The notes under the pieces: generated by a model
What the model saw: the letters and a program-made list of their open reading frames with translations, nothing else
Told to the model about the DNA's origin: nothing
Database searches by the model: none
Assembly: GCA_965224705.1 (NCBI GenBank)
Contig: OZ245056.1
Span: 992,001-1,056,000 of the forward strand
From: Spirochaetaceae bacterium
GTDB lineage: Bacteria; Spirochaetota; Spirochaetia; DSM-2461
Length of the DNA: 64,000 bases
Reading direction: 5' to 3'
Shown here: one piece after another, positions 10,611 to 20,103 of the stretch
How the letters are laid out: each line of letters opens with the position of its first letter
Numbering within the stretch: position 1 is the stretch's first letter
Translations under genes and position numbers: made by a program

Positions 10611-11477
10611 ATGGAATCAACCAGACCGTTCGATCCGCTGTCTGACTTGTTTGCCCGTGCCCTTCTGGGCGATAAAAAAAACACCAGCCTGCTGGCGAAT
10701 TTCATCAATGCGTTTTTAACCCCAAAGGGATTAAGTCCGGTTATCAGCGTCGAGATACTTAACCCCTACAACCTGAAAGAGTACTTCAACGACAAGGAAA
10801 CCATACTGGATGTCAAGGCAAGAGACAGTCACAAGCGCATTATCGACATAGAAATACAAATTTCCACCGGCGAGTATTTTGCCAATCGCAGTCTGCTCTA
10901 CTGGGCAAAGAACTACCAGAGCCAATTGAAGAAATCCGATGTGTACACCATGCTCAATCCGGTTATTTGCATCAATCTGGTTGGCACACCCATTTTTCCG
11001 CAGTTGGAGGAGTATTACACCTGCTTTCACATTACGGAAAAGGACAATCCAGAGCTGGTGTTGACGGATCATCTGTGCATCATGTTTATGGAGCTGTCGA
11101 AGATGACCTTTCCCAACAAAGACAACTTGACTTTTAGGAGCGACTTTGAGCGATGGTGCTATTTTTTCAAGTACGAAGGTTACTTAAAGGAGGACGAGAT
11201 GCGAGTGCTATTGGGAGACAACCCGTATATTCAGGAGGCCCATAAACTCTACACCACATTCACCGCCGATCAAGCCATGCTTGACAGGCTGGAAGCCAAA
11301 GAGAAATGGAGAAGGGATTATCTAAGCGGTCTGGATGAATCCTGGAACGATGGCATGGAAAAAGGCATAGAGAAAGGCATAACCCAAACAGTCAAAGACT
11401 TCAAGGCCGCCGGAGTCTCCCTTGACATCATCATCAAGGCCACCGGCCTAAGCGAAGAAGAGCTCAAAAAGCTCTAA
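10611..11477 (+). CDS. Rpn family recombination-promoting nuclease / putative transposase (PDDEXK_2), type B
   Basis: DPLSDLFARALLG..ILDVKARD..IDIEIQ..RSLLYWAKNY..FMELSK motifs. Confidence 0.9.
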   Translation: MESTRPFDPLSDLFARALLGDKKNTSLLANFINAFLTPKGLSPVISVEILNPYNLKEYFNDKETILDVKARDSHKRIIDIEIQISTGEYFANRSLLYWAKNYQSQLKKSDVYTMLNPVICINLVGTPIFPQLEEYYTCFHITEKDNPELVLTDHLCIMFMELSKMTFPNKDNLTFRSDFERWCYFFKYEGYLKEDEMRVLLGDNPYIQEAHKLYTTFTADQAMLDRLEAKEKWRRDYLSGLDESWNDGMEKGIEKGITQTVKDFKAAGVSLDIIIKATGLSEEELKKL

Positions 11478-12072
11478 CAGAAACAAGCCTCCCCAAGCGA
11501 AAGCCCCCAAGCCCCCTGCATCCGACAGCCCCACCTCCGTGCCCTCCGTGCCTCCGTGAGAAACACCAAAAAAAACTCATTTTGATCCCCCAGAACCATT
11601 ATTCTCATTTTACCGGGAACCCTGGAAAGGAAACCAGCAAATTTTCGTGTTTTTCGTGCCTTTCGTGGTAAGAAATCCTCTCAATTGGCTTCCTGCCTTT
11701 TTTATCAACCACGAACCACACGAAAAGCACGAAAGAATTTCATCAATTATTCCTTATACAGTAACCCTATTCCATCAGATGAAGGTAATTACTCACCAAT
11801 CTTTTATCCCATATTTCTCTGCGTATCTCCGCGCTCTCTGCGGTTTTACCCTATTCATGGTTTTTTAACCGCAGAGAGCGCAGAGTGTTCAAGATAATTA
11901 TTCACCTCACAACGATAACAAAAAGTTGACAAGCTCCTATTATTGAAGAAAACTCCATTCGATCCCTAAAAATCAGTGTTTTTATTTTCTCTGGGATAGA
12001 ATTAGATGCGATTGCCCTGATGACCCTATGCACAGCCCTAAACACTTCCCAAAAATCATGCTACTTTAACAC

Positions 12073-12894
12073 ATGATACCCCTGCCCAAATCATTACCAA
12101 AAGTCCAAATCTCCCTGGACACCTTCTTCAAGAGACAGGCAAGGGAGTTTTTTAGCTCTTGCGGATACCTGGTTGAAACGGAACATGAAATGCTTAAAAG
12201 CCCCAAGAGGCTGGATGTCCTCCTTATCAAACAAAACACCGCCAGTGTAGAATTCGACATATTCCACTACTTCGCTCCGTACAATCTGGTCAGCTACAAA
12301 TCATACGGCGATGCCGTAAGAACACAGGACATTTACGACCTCTCCATATACACAAACCTCTATCTGCGAGAAAACCCCAAAGCCAACTACAGCAACACAA
12401 CCATCACACTCATCTGCTCCAGAACCCCGAGGAAATTCATCCGGGAACACAAAGAGTATTTCACCGAGACATGTCCCGGCCACTTCATCGGCAACTATGG
12501 GATGTACAGAATTCACATCATCAACATTGAAACCATCCAATTATCGGGGCCTGACGGCATATTTCTATCCGAATTCTGTCGGAATATCGACCGCTTATCC
12601 GACCAGACCGAAATCAAGGAGTCCGGTTTCCCTAAACAGATTATTGACAAACTGCTTAAGGGCATTATAATGAGACTATCAATCTTTGAGGGTAAGGAGG
12701 ACAATATGGTACCTGTTGCCGATGTAACCGAACTGATGAGGCCTCAACTTGAAAAGGCCTGGGATGACGGAATGGAAGAAGGCCGAAATGAGGAAAAAAC
12801 CCAAACAGCCAGGCGCTTAAAAGCCGCCGGAGTTTCTATTGATATCATCATCAAGGCCACCGGCCTAAGCGAAGAAGAGCTCAAAAAGCTCTAA
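12073..12894 (+). CDS. Rpn-like PD-(D/E)XK nuclease, type A, copy 4
   Basis: Core matches copy 2; the tail is a mosaic of copies 1 and 3. Confidence 0.75.
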   Translation: MIPLPKSLPKVQISLDTFFKRQAREFFSSCGYLVETEHEMLKSPKRLDVLLIKQNTASVEFDIFHYFAPYNLVSYKSYGDAVRTQDIYDLSIYTNLYLRENPKANYSNTTITLICSRTPRKFIREHKEYFTETCPGHFIGNYGMYRIHIINIETIQLSGPDGIFLSEFCRNIDRLSDQTEIKESGFPKQIIDKLLKGIIMRLSIFEGKEDNMVPVADVTELMRPQLEKAWDDGMEEGRNEEKTQTARRLKAAGVSIDIIIKATGLSEEELKKL

Positions 12895-13435
12895 CAGAAA
12901 CAAGCCTCCCCAAGCCCCCTGCGAAAGCCCCCTACATTCGAGCCACCACCTCCGTGCCCTCCGTGCCTCCGTGAGAAACACCCCTCTCCAAACCTCCCCA
13001 AGCCCCCCTGCGAAAGCCCCTCGACATTCGGGCCATCACCTCCGTGCCCTCCGTGCCTCCGTGAGAAACATCCCAAAAAGCTCATTCCCCCCAGAACCAT
13101 TATCCTCATTTTATCGGGAACAGGATGAGATACGATTGACTTGGTAGAGGGGGTTAATCAGGAACCCTGGAAAGAAAACCACCAAATTTTCGTGCCTTTC
13201 GTGGCAAAAAATCCTCTCAATTGGCTTCCTACCTCTTTTTATGAACCACGAACCACACAAAAATCACGAAAGGATTTCATCAATTATTCCTTATACAGTA
13301 ACCCTATTCCATCAGATGAAGGTAATTACTCACCAATCTTTTTACCCCATATTTCTCTGCGTATCTCCGCGATCTCTGCGGTTTTTTACCTTATTCATGG
13401 TTTTTAACCGCAGAGGACGCAGAGAGCGCAGAGGA
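12895..13435. repeat. Intergenic palindromic repeat module
   Basis: Two CTCCGTGCCCTCCGTGCCTCCGTGAGA arms, a TTCGTG/CACGAA pair and a CTCTGCG/CGCAGAG pair. Confidence 0.8.
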
Positions 13436-13526
13436 TTTAAGGTAATTATTCATCAAACTTTTACTCCATGTTTGACTTTTAACGTGTTGAAACTAATGTT
13501 CAAACCAACTTGTAAATTTTTTATTT
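13428..13526 (-). pseudogene. GxxExxY gene 3'-end relic
   Basis: Translates KIKNLQVGLNISFNTLKVKHGVKSLMNNYLKSSA, versus KIKRLQVGLIINFNTLKLQHGIKRLVNNYLEPSA in the intact gene at 21037. Confidence 0.8.
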
Positions 13527-13619
13527 TATTGATGATGAGGTAATGCACGATGCGACGGCGAAGATTTCCCGTCTCACCGGCCGTTCCACAATAAAAGCCA
13601 GAGAATTACCTGACCTGTA
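13525..13619 (-). pseudogene. DGR reverse transcriptase relic
   Basis: YRSGNSLAFIVERPVRREIFA/(shift)RIVHYLIINK matches the DGR RT N-terminal motif F-x-V-x-x-P-x-x-REIFAAxFRDRVVH. It lies directly downstream of the TR. Confidence 0.75.
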
Positions 13620-13661
13620 GTCTCTGGAGAATAAAAACATCCTCCTCCCGCTGACTCAGGC

Positions 13662-13802
13662 AAAAACCCTCACTGCACGGACATGTTTATCGTTGTTCTT
13701 GTTGTTGCCGTTCTGGCTGCCATTGTTGAAGTTCTGTTTCCACGCGTTGTTGGAACTGTTCTCTGAAGACGACCAGTAGTTGTTAGACGCGAAACCTCCA
13801 AC
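13662..13802 (-). ncRNA. DGR template repeat (TR)
   Basis: AAC-rich non-coding copy of the target's 3' end (VGGFASNNYWSSSENSSNNAWKQNFNNGSQNGNNKNNDKHVRAVR). Confidence 0.93.
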
Positions 13803-14016
13803 GGTTATAGCAAAGATGTCATGATAAGCAGGAACGCCCGCTCCCCTTATGCTCCTTTACCGCCGCCAAACAAGACGGCGGTCTCTTTGCCGCTTTTTAC
13901 CTAAGCCTTGCTCGCTCCATGAAGCCATTGCCCCATGGATTCCGGCAGACGTACCTCCAATTTCAGTATCTCAAAATTATCCAGAAATTCCTCCAGATGC
14001 TCCTTTTTATCCATAG

Positions 14017-15701
14017 CCCCTATTTCTCACCAAGACCTTGAGACAAAGCAGGCTTCCCATGCTAAAATATTTACATGAAAAAAAATAACAAACAAAAAGA
14101 AGCCCGCTTTGCTAATACAGAGTGTAAAGCCCATCAGCTCGAATTGCAAGGGATGGAAATCGGAAAATCCCGCAAAATTATTGTAAAGAATGACGGCAAG
14201 GTCAACAGTTCCGATGCCGGATTTCTTCTCCTCCAGCAGGTTGAGCAGAAGCACAGAATTATTGAAAAGCTGTCAGATTTTTTCACCGATAAAAGAGATC
14301 AGGAAAAAATTACACATAGCCTGGCTACTCTTCTGAAACAGAGAATCTTCGGAATCTGTCAGGGCTATGAAGATCTCAATGATCATGAACAATTGCGCGA
14401 AGATCCACTGCTTCAATATATATGTGGGCGGGATGATAAAACGCCAGTTGCCGGAAAGAGCACCCTGAACAGATTGGAACTCGGTCATGAGCTGGATGAA
14501 AAAACCAGGGACCGGTACAGCAAAATCACCTGGGATGCCAGGGGGATTGAAGAGCTTCTCTGTCAACTGTTTCTTGAGAGTTTCGAGGAGCCGCCGGAAA
14601 CCCTGATTCTGGATTTTGATGCCACCGACATTCCCATCCACGGCGAGCAGCAGCAGCGGTTTTTTCACGGATATTACGATCACTACTGCTACCTTCCGCT
14701 CTACGTGTTCTGTGATGATTTTCCCCTGATCGCCCGGCTGCGGCCGTCCAGCCTGGATGCCTGTGAGGGTACCGAAGAGATTCTGGTCAAGCTGGTTGGC
14801 GCGATCAGGGCCAAATTTCCTGATGTTCGTATCATTTTTCGTGGAGACTCGGGCTTCTGCCGTGAGAGTATCCTGAAACAGTGTGAGATATTGAAAGTCA
14901 GATATATCACCGGTATGGCAGGAAATACGAGGCTGCTGAAGAAGATTGATCCGCAGATGGTCAGGGCTGAAAAGCTCTTCGGTAAAAGCAAAGAAGCCGA
15001 ACGTGTTTTTACCCGTTTTTCCTGGAAGACCGAAAGCAGTTGGAGTCGCAATCGGGATGTCATTGCCAGGGTGGAACATCTGCCGGGCAAGAAAAATCCC
15101 CGCTTTATTGTGACGGACATTTCTGCTGAAGAAGGGGATGCCCAATCGCTGTATGAAGATGTCTACTGTGCACGCGGCGATATGGAGAATCGCATCAAAG
15201 AACAGCAGCTTTATCTGTTTGCCGACCGCACCTCCACCTGGTGGATGAGTTCGAATCAGCTTCGATTGTATTTCTCGACAATCGCCTATATTTTCTTTGT
15301 CCATCTTCGAAGAACAATTCTGCAGGTCAGCGGTGATGAAACTCGAAGCATGTCCTCTACAATCCGATTAAGGATGCTTAAAGTTTCGGCCGCTGTAAAG
15401 ATTACGGTTCGCCGAGTCTGGATCAGTCTTCCGGAGAGTTTTCCCTGGTGGGACATCTGGATACGAACATCCCGGGCCATCTGAGCGGTAATAAAAACAG
15501 TTGATAGTTCTCATCTGGATTCCCTGGGGAAGCTGTGCACCGAGGGTTGAAAAAATGCAAAAAAAATCAGAAGAAATCGACTTAAATTGGACGGAAATAA
15601 CAAGGATCAATCAACTGGAAACTTTTTGTTTGATATATTAGCGGAGAGAACAGAAATTCTCCAGGATTTTTATGCAATTTTATGTTGGTGAGAAATAGGG
15701 G
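14017..15701 (+). mobile_element. IS1380-family insertion sequence
   Basis: Perfect 17-bp IR CCCCTATTTCTCACCAA (14017-14033 / 15685-15701). 4-bp TSD ATAG (14013-16, 15702-05). Confidence 0.92.
14075..15484 (+). CDS. IS1380-family DDE transposase
   Basis: SSDAG, GYEDLND, LDFDATD, HGxQ, RGDSGF and Y-x-x-RGDMENRIKE motifs. Confidence 0.93.
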   Translation: MKKNNKQKEARFANTECKAHQLELQGMEIGKSRKIIVKNDGKVNSSDAGFLLLQQVEQKHRIIEKLSDFFTDKRDQEKITHSLATLLKQRIFGICQGYEDLNDHEQLREDPLLQYICGRDDKTPVAGKSTLNRLELGHELDEKTRDRYSKITWDARGIEELLCQLFLESFEEPPETLILDFDATDIPIHGEQQQRFFHGYYDHYCYLPLYVFCDDFPLIARLRPSSLDACEGTEEILVKLVGAIRAKFPDVRIIFRGDSGFCRESILKQCEILKVRYITGMAGNTRLLKKIDPQMVRAEKLFGKSKEAERVFTRFSWKTESSWSRNRDVIARVEHLPGKKNPRFIVTDISAEEGDAQSLYEDVYCARGDMENRIKEQQLYLFADRTSTWWMSSNQLRLYFSTIAYIFFVHLRRTILQVSGDETRSMSSTIRLRMLKVSAAVKITVRRVWISLPESFPWWDIWIRTSRAI

Positions 15702-15888
15702 ATAGCCTTGTTGGCCCGGTAAATGCTCCGCACCAGTTCTATTCCATCCCGCTTCATATCCTGGCCCAGAGTATACTTGTATTCCCTGGGAAAATCCTTT
15801 GTGACTTCAAATATTTTCAGCACTAACTTGTAGGTGTCCTGATACACCGGCAAACGATAATATAACGCCATAATTTCAAAAAAAATCG

Positions 15889-15922
15889 TGCCTTAGCGGC
15901 AGCCTGCGCTGCCGCTAAGGCA
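15889..15922. other. DGR target-recognition hairpin/cruciform downstream of the VR
   Basis: Perfect 15-bp stem TGCCTTAGCGGCAGC/GCTGCCGCTAAGGCA with a 4-nt loop, 20 nt after the target stop codon. Confidence 0.85.
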
Positions 15923-15942
15923 ATGGTTAAATAGATAAATAG

Positions 15943-17385
15943 TTAAAAAGCCCTCACCGCACGGACATATCCGCCGCCGTACTTGCCGCCGCTGCCGTAC
16001 TGGCTGCCATCGCTGAAGTACTGCCCCCACGCGTCGCTGGAACTGAACTCTGAAGACGACCAGTAGGAGTAAGACGCGAAACCTCCAACAGTATCCTTTT
16101 GTTTATATAACTCATTCAACTCATCTTTGGAAGGGAGAAACCAGTCATCATAGCCGCCAAGTTCAAAGTCATAACAAAGCCGGGCCGCGTAGTTGCCCGA
16201 TCCCAACTTGTTGACAATCTTCTCCGTATTGCTTTTGCCGCTCCCTATGGCCGTGGATGTTCCACCCACTGTAGTTCCATATTCTCCCCATCCGACATCA
16301 CCCTGATCCGATGGGGCCGCCTCCAGATATCGCCAGCCATCGGAATAACTCCCCTTGTCGTAGAAGACGATTCCTCCAGCGGGGCCGGTATCACCAATGG
16401 AATAAACCACTACCTGAATGGATGCAACCCCACTCCAGGCCCCAGACTGTCCATCCCCATCCTTTGCACGCACCTGCCAGTAATGGGTCTGCAAGTTCGT
16501 CAATGCCGATGCTGGCGTGTGGGACGGGTCTGTTTCACTAGCCGATGGTGCGCTGTTCAGCCCCGCCAGGCTGTCGGCTATTCGCACCTCATAGCCTGCC
16601 GCACCCGGTACCGCATCCCAGCTCAGCGTCGGGGTTGTATCCTCAGTGGTACTGCCATCGGCAGGATTCAAGCCGCTGACAGCCCCCCATTCCACCTCCA
16701 GGTTGTGCACATTACTCCAGAACCCAAACTGTCCATCCCCATCCTTTGCCCGCACCTGCCAGTAATGGGTCTGCAAGTTCGTCAATGCCGATGCTGGCGT
16801 GTGGGACGGGTCTGTTTCACTGATCAATGGCGCGCTGTTTAGCCCCGCCGGGCTGTCGGCTATACGCAGTTCATATCCCGCCGCTCCGAGCACCGCGTTC
16901 CACCTGAAGGTCGGTGTGGTATCCGTAGTGGAACTCCCATCGGCGGGATTCAGGCCGCTGATTGTGGTCATGGTGAATTTCCACCCATCTGTCCACTTTC
17001 CCCACTGGCCGCCTTGCTTTGCCCGGCCCCGCCAGTAGTAAACGGTGTTCAGGGAAAGCGGCGCATCGGTCAGCATAATGTTGGCAGCATGGCTGTTCCC
17101 ATCGTAAAGCGTATTCCCAAAATCCACAGAAGAGGCTATCTGCAGGTGGTAGGCTTCCGCCCCCCGTGCTTCGCTAATAATGAAACGCTGAAACACAAGA
17201 CTTCCGCCATCGGTCGGTGTATGCGCCTCCACATCGTCCACACTCTCCACCGTATGATACCCCTGATAATTAACACCATCAGGATCAGCAGGATTATCCC
17301 ACACCCGGCAGCCACCCAGGGTCAACACAACCCCGAGCACCAACAAAAGAGCCCCTAAAACCCGAAATAATACCCAGCCCTTCAT
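15943..17385 (-). CDS. DGR target lipoprotein: FN3/Ig-like stalk plus C-terminal C-type-lectin-fold (DUF1566/Lcl-like) variable domain
   Basis: Lipobox LGGC and a 94-aa (282 bp) internal duplication. Motifs IGDTGPAGGIVFYDKG, DDWFLPSKDEL and YWSSSE..VRAVRAF. Confidence 0.9.
   Translation of the reverse strand: MKGWVLFRVLGALLLVLGVVLTLGGCRVWDNPADPDGVNYQGYHTVESVDDVEAHTPTDGGSLVFQRFIISEARGAEAYHLQIASSVDFGNTLYDGNSHAANIMLTDAPLSLNTVYYWRGRAKQGGQWGKWTDGWKFTMTTISGLNPADGSSTTDTTPTFRWNAVLGAAGYELRIADSPAGLNSAPLISETDPSHTPASALTNLQTHYWQVRAKDGDGQFGFWSNVHNLEVEWGAVSGLNPADGSTTEDTTPTLSWDAVPGAAGYEVRIADSLAGLNSAPSASETDPSHTPASALTNLQTHYWQVRAKDGDGQSGAWSGVASIQVVVYSIGDTGPAGGIVFYDKGSYSDGWRYLEAAPSDQGDVGWGEYGTTVGGTSTAIGSGKSNTEKIVNKLGSGNYAARLCYDFELGGYDDWFLPSKDELNELYKQKDTVGGFASYSYWSSSEFSSSDAWGQYFSDGSQYGSGGKYGGGYVRAVRAF
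15946..16089 (-). repeat. DGR variable repeat (VR)
   Basis: Aligns to the TR with ~25 substitutions at TR adenines, 3 at other bases and one codon indel. Confidence 0.93.
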
Positions 17386-17927
17386 TGCAGATGCTCCTCC
17401 AACCGCTTGATTTCTTCCAGAAGATCGCTGTACTGGGCGGCGAGCTTCTCACGGTTGGGCGTCGTCAGGGCGGATATGCTTCCCGCCCCAGCCAGAGCCA
17501 GTCCCCCTCCCCACAGGGAATAGGTCAAAGCATCGTAGAGTTCCGCCTGCCCGCGATAGCTCTCCGTGTCATTGCTAAGAAGGGCGGACTGGTAATTCTG
17601 ATAGGCCTCATTAGCGGAAACAAAGGTATACACACCGGTACCTATAGCTGCTACGCCCAGGGGAATAGTAATCCAGGCCCAGGCCTTATGCGCCCGGATA
17701 CGCCTGTTCACAGTGTCCAGCTTGCCCTTCAAGTCGGCCTCTTCCCCCCGCAATTCCTCCAACTCGGCCTCCATAACAGCCCGGTAGTTCTTCATCAGTT
17801 CCAGCAGTCTCTCGCTCTGCTCCCCCGATGCCATATCCGCCCCGGCCTGCAGATCGGGAGGCAGCTCCTGGGCGGTAAGTGGAGTTATCGCGCACACCGC
17901 CAGTATAAGCACTGCAATCATCCTCAC
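17382..17927 (-). CDS. Hypothetical secreted/membrane protein, translationally coupled to the DGR target
   Basis: Signal peptide, coiled coil and two hydrophobic segments. ATGA overlap with the target gene. Confidence 0.75.
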   Translation of the reverse strand: MRMIAVLILAVCAITPLTAQELPPDLQAGADMASGEQSERLLELMKNYRAVMEAELEELRGEEADLKGKLDTVNRRIRAHKAWAWITIPLGVAAIGTGVYTFVSANEAYQNYQSALLSNDTESYRGQAELYDALTYSLWGGGLALAGAGSISALTTPNREKLAAQYSDLLEEIKRLEEHLQ

Positions 17928-18019
17928 GGTTTTTCTCCTTTCCTATCCAAATTCCCGTACTAGACCCCATTATAATACTAAAAAACCCTGTCAAGATAGA
18001 AGAGCAGCCTATGTCCCCA

Positions 18020-18940
18020 GCAGGGCAATCGCATCTCATTCTATCTCAAAAAGCGTTGTGCGGTGAGTAATGACCTTGATCACTCTGCGCTCTCTGCGTC
18101 CTCTGCGGTTAAAAAACCATGAAGGGGGATAAAACCGCAGAGGACGCAGAGTAACGCAGAGAAATATGGGGAATGAACCGCAGAGTAACGCAGAGAAAAA
18201 TAGGGTAAAAGATTGGCGAATAATTATTATGCTCTCTCTGCCGTAAAAAACCATGAATAAGGTAAAACCGCGGAGATACGCAGAGAAACATGGAGTTTTC
18301 TTCAACAGTAGAAGTTTGTCAACTCTTCGTTATCGTTGTGAGATAAATAATGACTTTGATCACTCTGCGCTCTCTGCGTCCTCTGCGGTTAAAAAACCAT
18401 AAAGGGGGATAAAACCGCAGAGGACGCAGAGTAGCGCAGAGAAAAATAGGGTAAAAGATTGGCGAATAATTATTATGCTCTCTCTGCCGTAAAAAACCAT
18501 GAATAAGGTAAAACCGCGGAGATACGCAGAGAAACATGGAGTTTTCTTCAATAGTAGAAGTTTGTCAACTCTTCGTTATCGTTGTGAGATAAATAATGAC
18601 TTTGATCACTCTGCGCTCTCTGCGTCCTCTGCGGTTAAAAAACCATAAAGGGGGATAAAACCGCAGAGGACGCAGAGTAGCGCAGAGAAAAATAGGGTAA
18701 AAGATTGGCGAATAATTATTATGCTCTCTCTGCCGAAAAAACCATGAATAAGGTAAAACCGCGGAGATACGCAGAGAAACATGGAGTTTTCTTCAATAGT
18801 AGAAGTTTGTCAACTCTTCGTTATCGTTGTGAGATAAATAATGACTTTGATCACTCTGCGCTCTCTGCGTCCTCTGCGGTTAAAAACCATGAATAAGGTA
18901 AAAAAACCGCAGAGGTACGCAGAGAACGCGGAGGGTTGAT
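18020..18940 (-). repeat. Tandem array (~245-bp period) of CTCTGCG-type palindromic units, inverted relative to those at 6.4 and 20-23 kb
   Basis: GTCAACTCTTCGTTATCGTTGTGAG recurs at ~18318, 18564 and 18809. Confidence 0.88.
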
Positions 18941-18942
18941 TT

Positions 18943-20103
18943 TCAAGTTTTTTCCTCCCTTCTGACAGCATGGGGCCATCCGGCTACGTTGAATCCATTG
19001 CGTACCATGCTGTTGATTCCGGCGTAGATAAGATACATGCTTTCGCTACTTTCTCCGGTTAAATTGCTCCAGTATCTTAAATTGTCAAAGTGTTTTTCCT
19101 GTATGGTTTTGGCGGATTTGATTTCTATGCCATGACTTTTCCATCCGAAGTCTACAATCAAGTCAAGTTCCTTCTGATGGTTGTCGCGCCAAAAGTGCAG
19201 GTTGTAGGGTTCGCCGGTATTGTAGTTTGCTTTGACGAATTCCATGATGATGAAGTTCTCGAAGATTCCGCCTTTCAGGTAGTGAAAATCAAGTTCTTCT
19301 TTCCTGCGTATTCCAAGTAAGTGGCATAATAACCCGGTATCCGTAAAGTATATTTTTGGGTTTTTGACCAATCTTTTATTGTAGTTTCGATGGTACGGGC
19401 GGAGCTTGTAGATCAAAAAACTGGATTCTAATACCGACAGCCAGTCTTTGATGGTATTATGCGAGACCCCGCATTCATTGGACAGCGGAGCTAAATTCAA
19501 TATCTGTCCGGTTCTCCCAGCCAATAACTTCATAAACTTAAGGAAGACATCCAGTTTTGTGATGTTTTTGATTAACCGTAGATCTTTTTCAATATATGTC
19601 GATATGTAATTCTTGTAGAATGACTGCGCCCTGATGTGTTTGTCGTATATACGGGGGTAGGAGCCTTTGAACAGGAGTGTTTCCAGATTTCGCTCCAGAG
19701 GGCGTAGTTCTTCGGCACTAAAGGGGAGCAGGATAGAAATGCCAATCCGCCCGGCCAGGGATTGGCTTATCCGTTCCATCAATAGGTAATTATGAGAACC
19801 CGTGATGACGAATTGACCGGTTTCACTTGTCTGATCGGCATGGGTCTGCAGGTAGGAAATCAATGACGGAACTCTTTGTATTTCATCAAGTATAATGCTG
19901 CGCTGGTATTTTTCCAGAAATCCTCGTGGGTCATTGACCGCGAATTCCCGGTTGTCGAGGTCTTCAAGGGATACGTAGGCGAAGCTGTTGAACAGTTTTT
20001 TGGCCAGTGTAGTTTTCCCGGATTGCCTGGGGCCTAATATCGCAATAATGGGAAATTCCCGTGTAAGAAGAGATAGTTCTTTCTCTATTGCTCTATTTAT
20101 CAT
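18943..20103 (-). CDS. ATP-binding protein, AAA_14 + DUF4143
   Basis: GPRQSGKTT, ILDEIQ, TGS, KNPKIYFTDTGL, FENF and ELDLIV..IEIK motifs. Start placed at MINRAIE. Confidence 0.9.
   Translation of the reverse strand: MINRAIEKELSLLTREFPIIAILGPRQSGKTTLAKKLFNSFAYVSLEDLDNREFAVNDPRGFLEKYQRSIILDEIQRVPSLISYLQTHADQTSETGQFVITGSHNYLLMERISQSLAGRIGISILLPFSAEELRPLERNLETLLFKGSYPRIYDKHIRAQSFYKNYISTYIEKDLRLIKNITKLDVFLKFMKLLAGRTGQILNLAPLSNECGVSHNTIKDWLSVLESSFLIYKLRPYHRNYNKRLVKNPKIYFTDTGLLCHLLGIRRKEELDFHYLKGGIFENFIIMEFVKANYNTGEPYNLHFWRDNHQKELDLIVDFGWKSHGIEIKSAKTIQEKHFDNLRYWSNLTGESSESMYLIYAGINSMVRNGFNVAGWPHAVRREEKT

Larger units (their letters stand above)
13901..15871 (-). pseudogene. avd: DGR accessory variability determinant (four-helix bundle), split by IS1380
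   Basis: MALYYRLPVYQDTYKL..FPREYKYTLG..IYRANKA | IS | MDKKEHLEEFLDNFEILKLEVRL.. rejoins in frame after removing the IS and one ATAG. Confidence 0.85.

Noticed and set aside
14273..15304. 343-aa minus-strand ORF as the DGR reverse transcriptase
   Set aside because: It is an antisense shadow of the IS1380 transposase inside the IS ends, with no YxDD motif.
16430..17000. 282-bp duplication in the DGR target as a second TR/VR pair
   Set aside because: Both copies are in-frame coding domains, and I saw no AAC-rich template copy or adenine-specific pattern.
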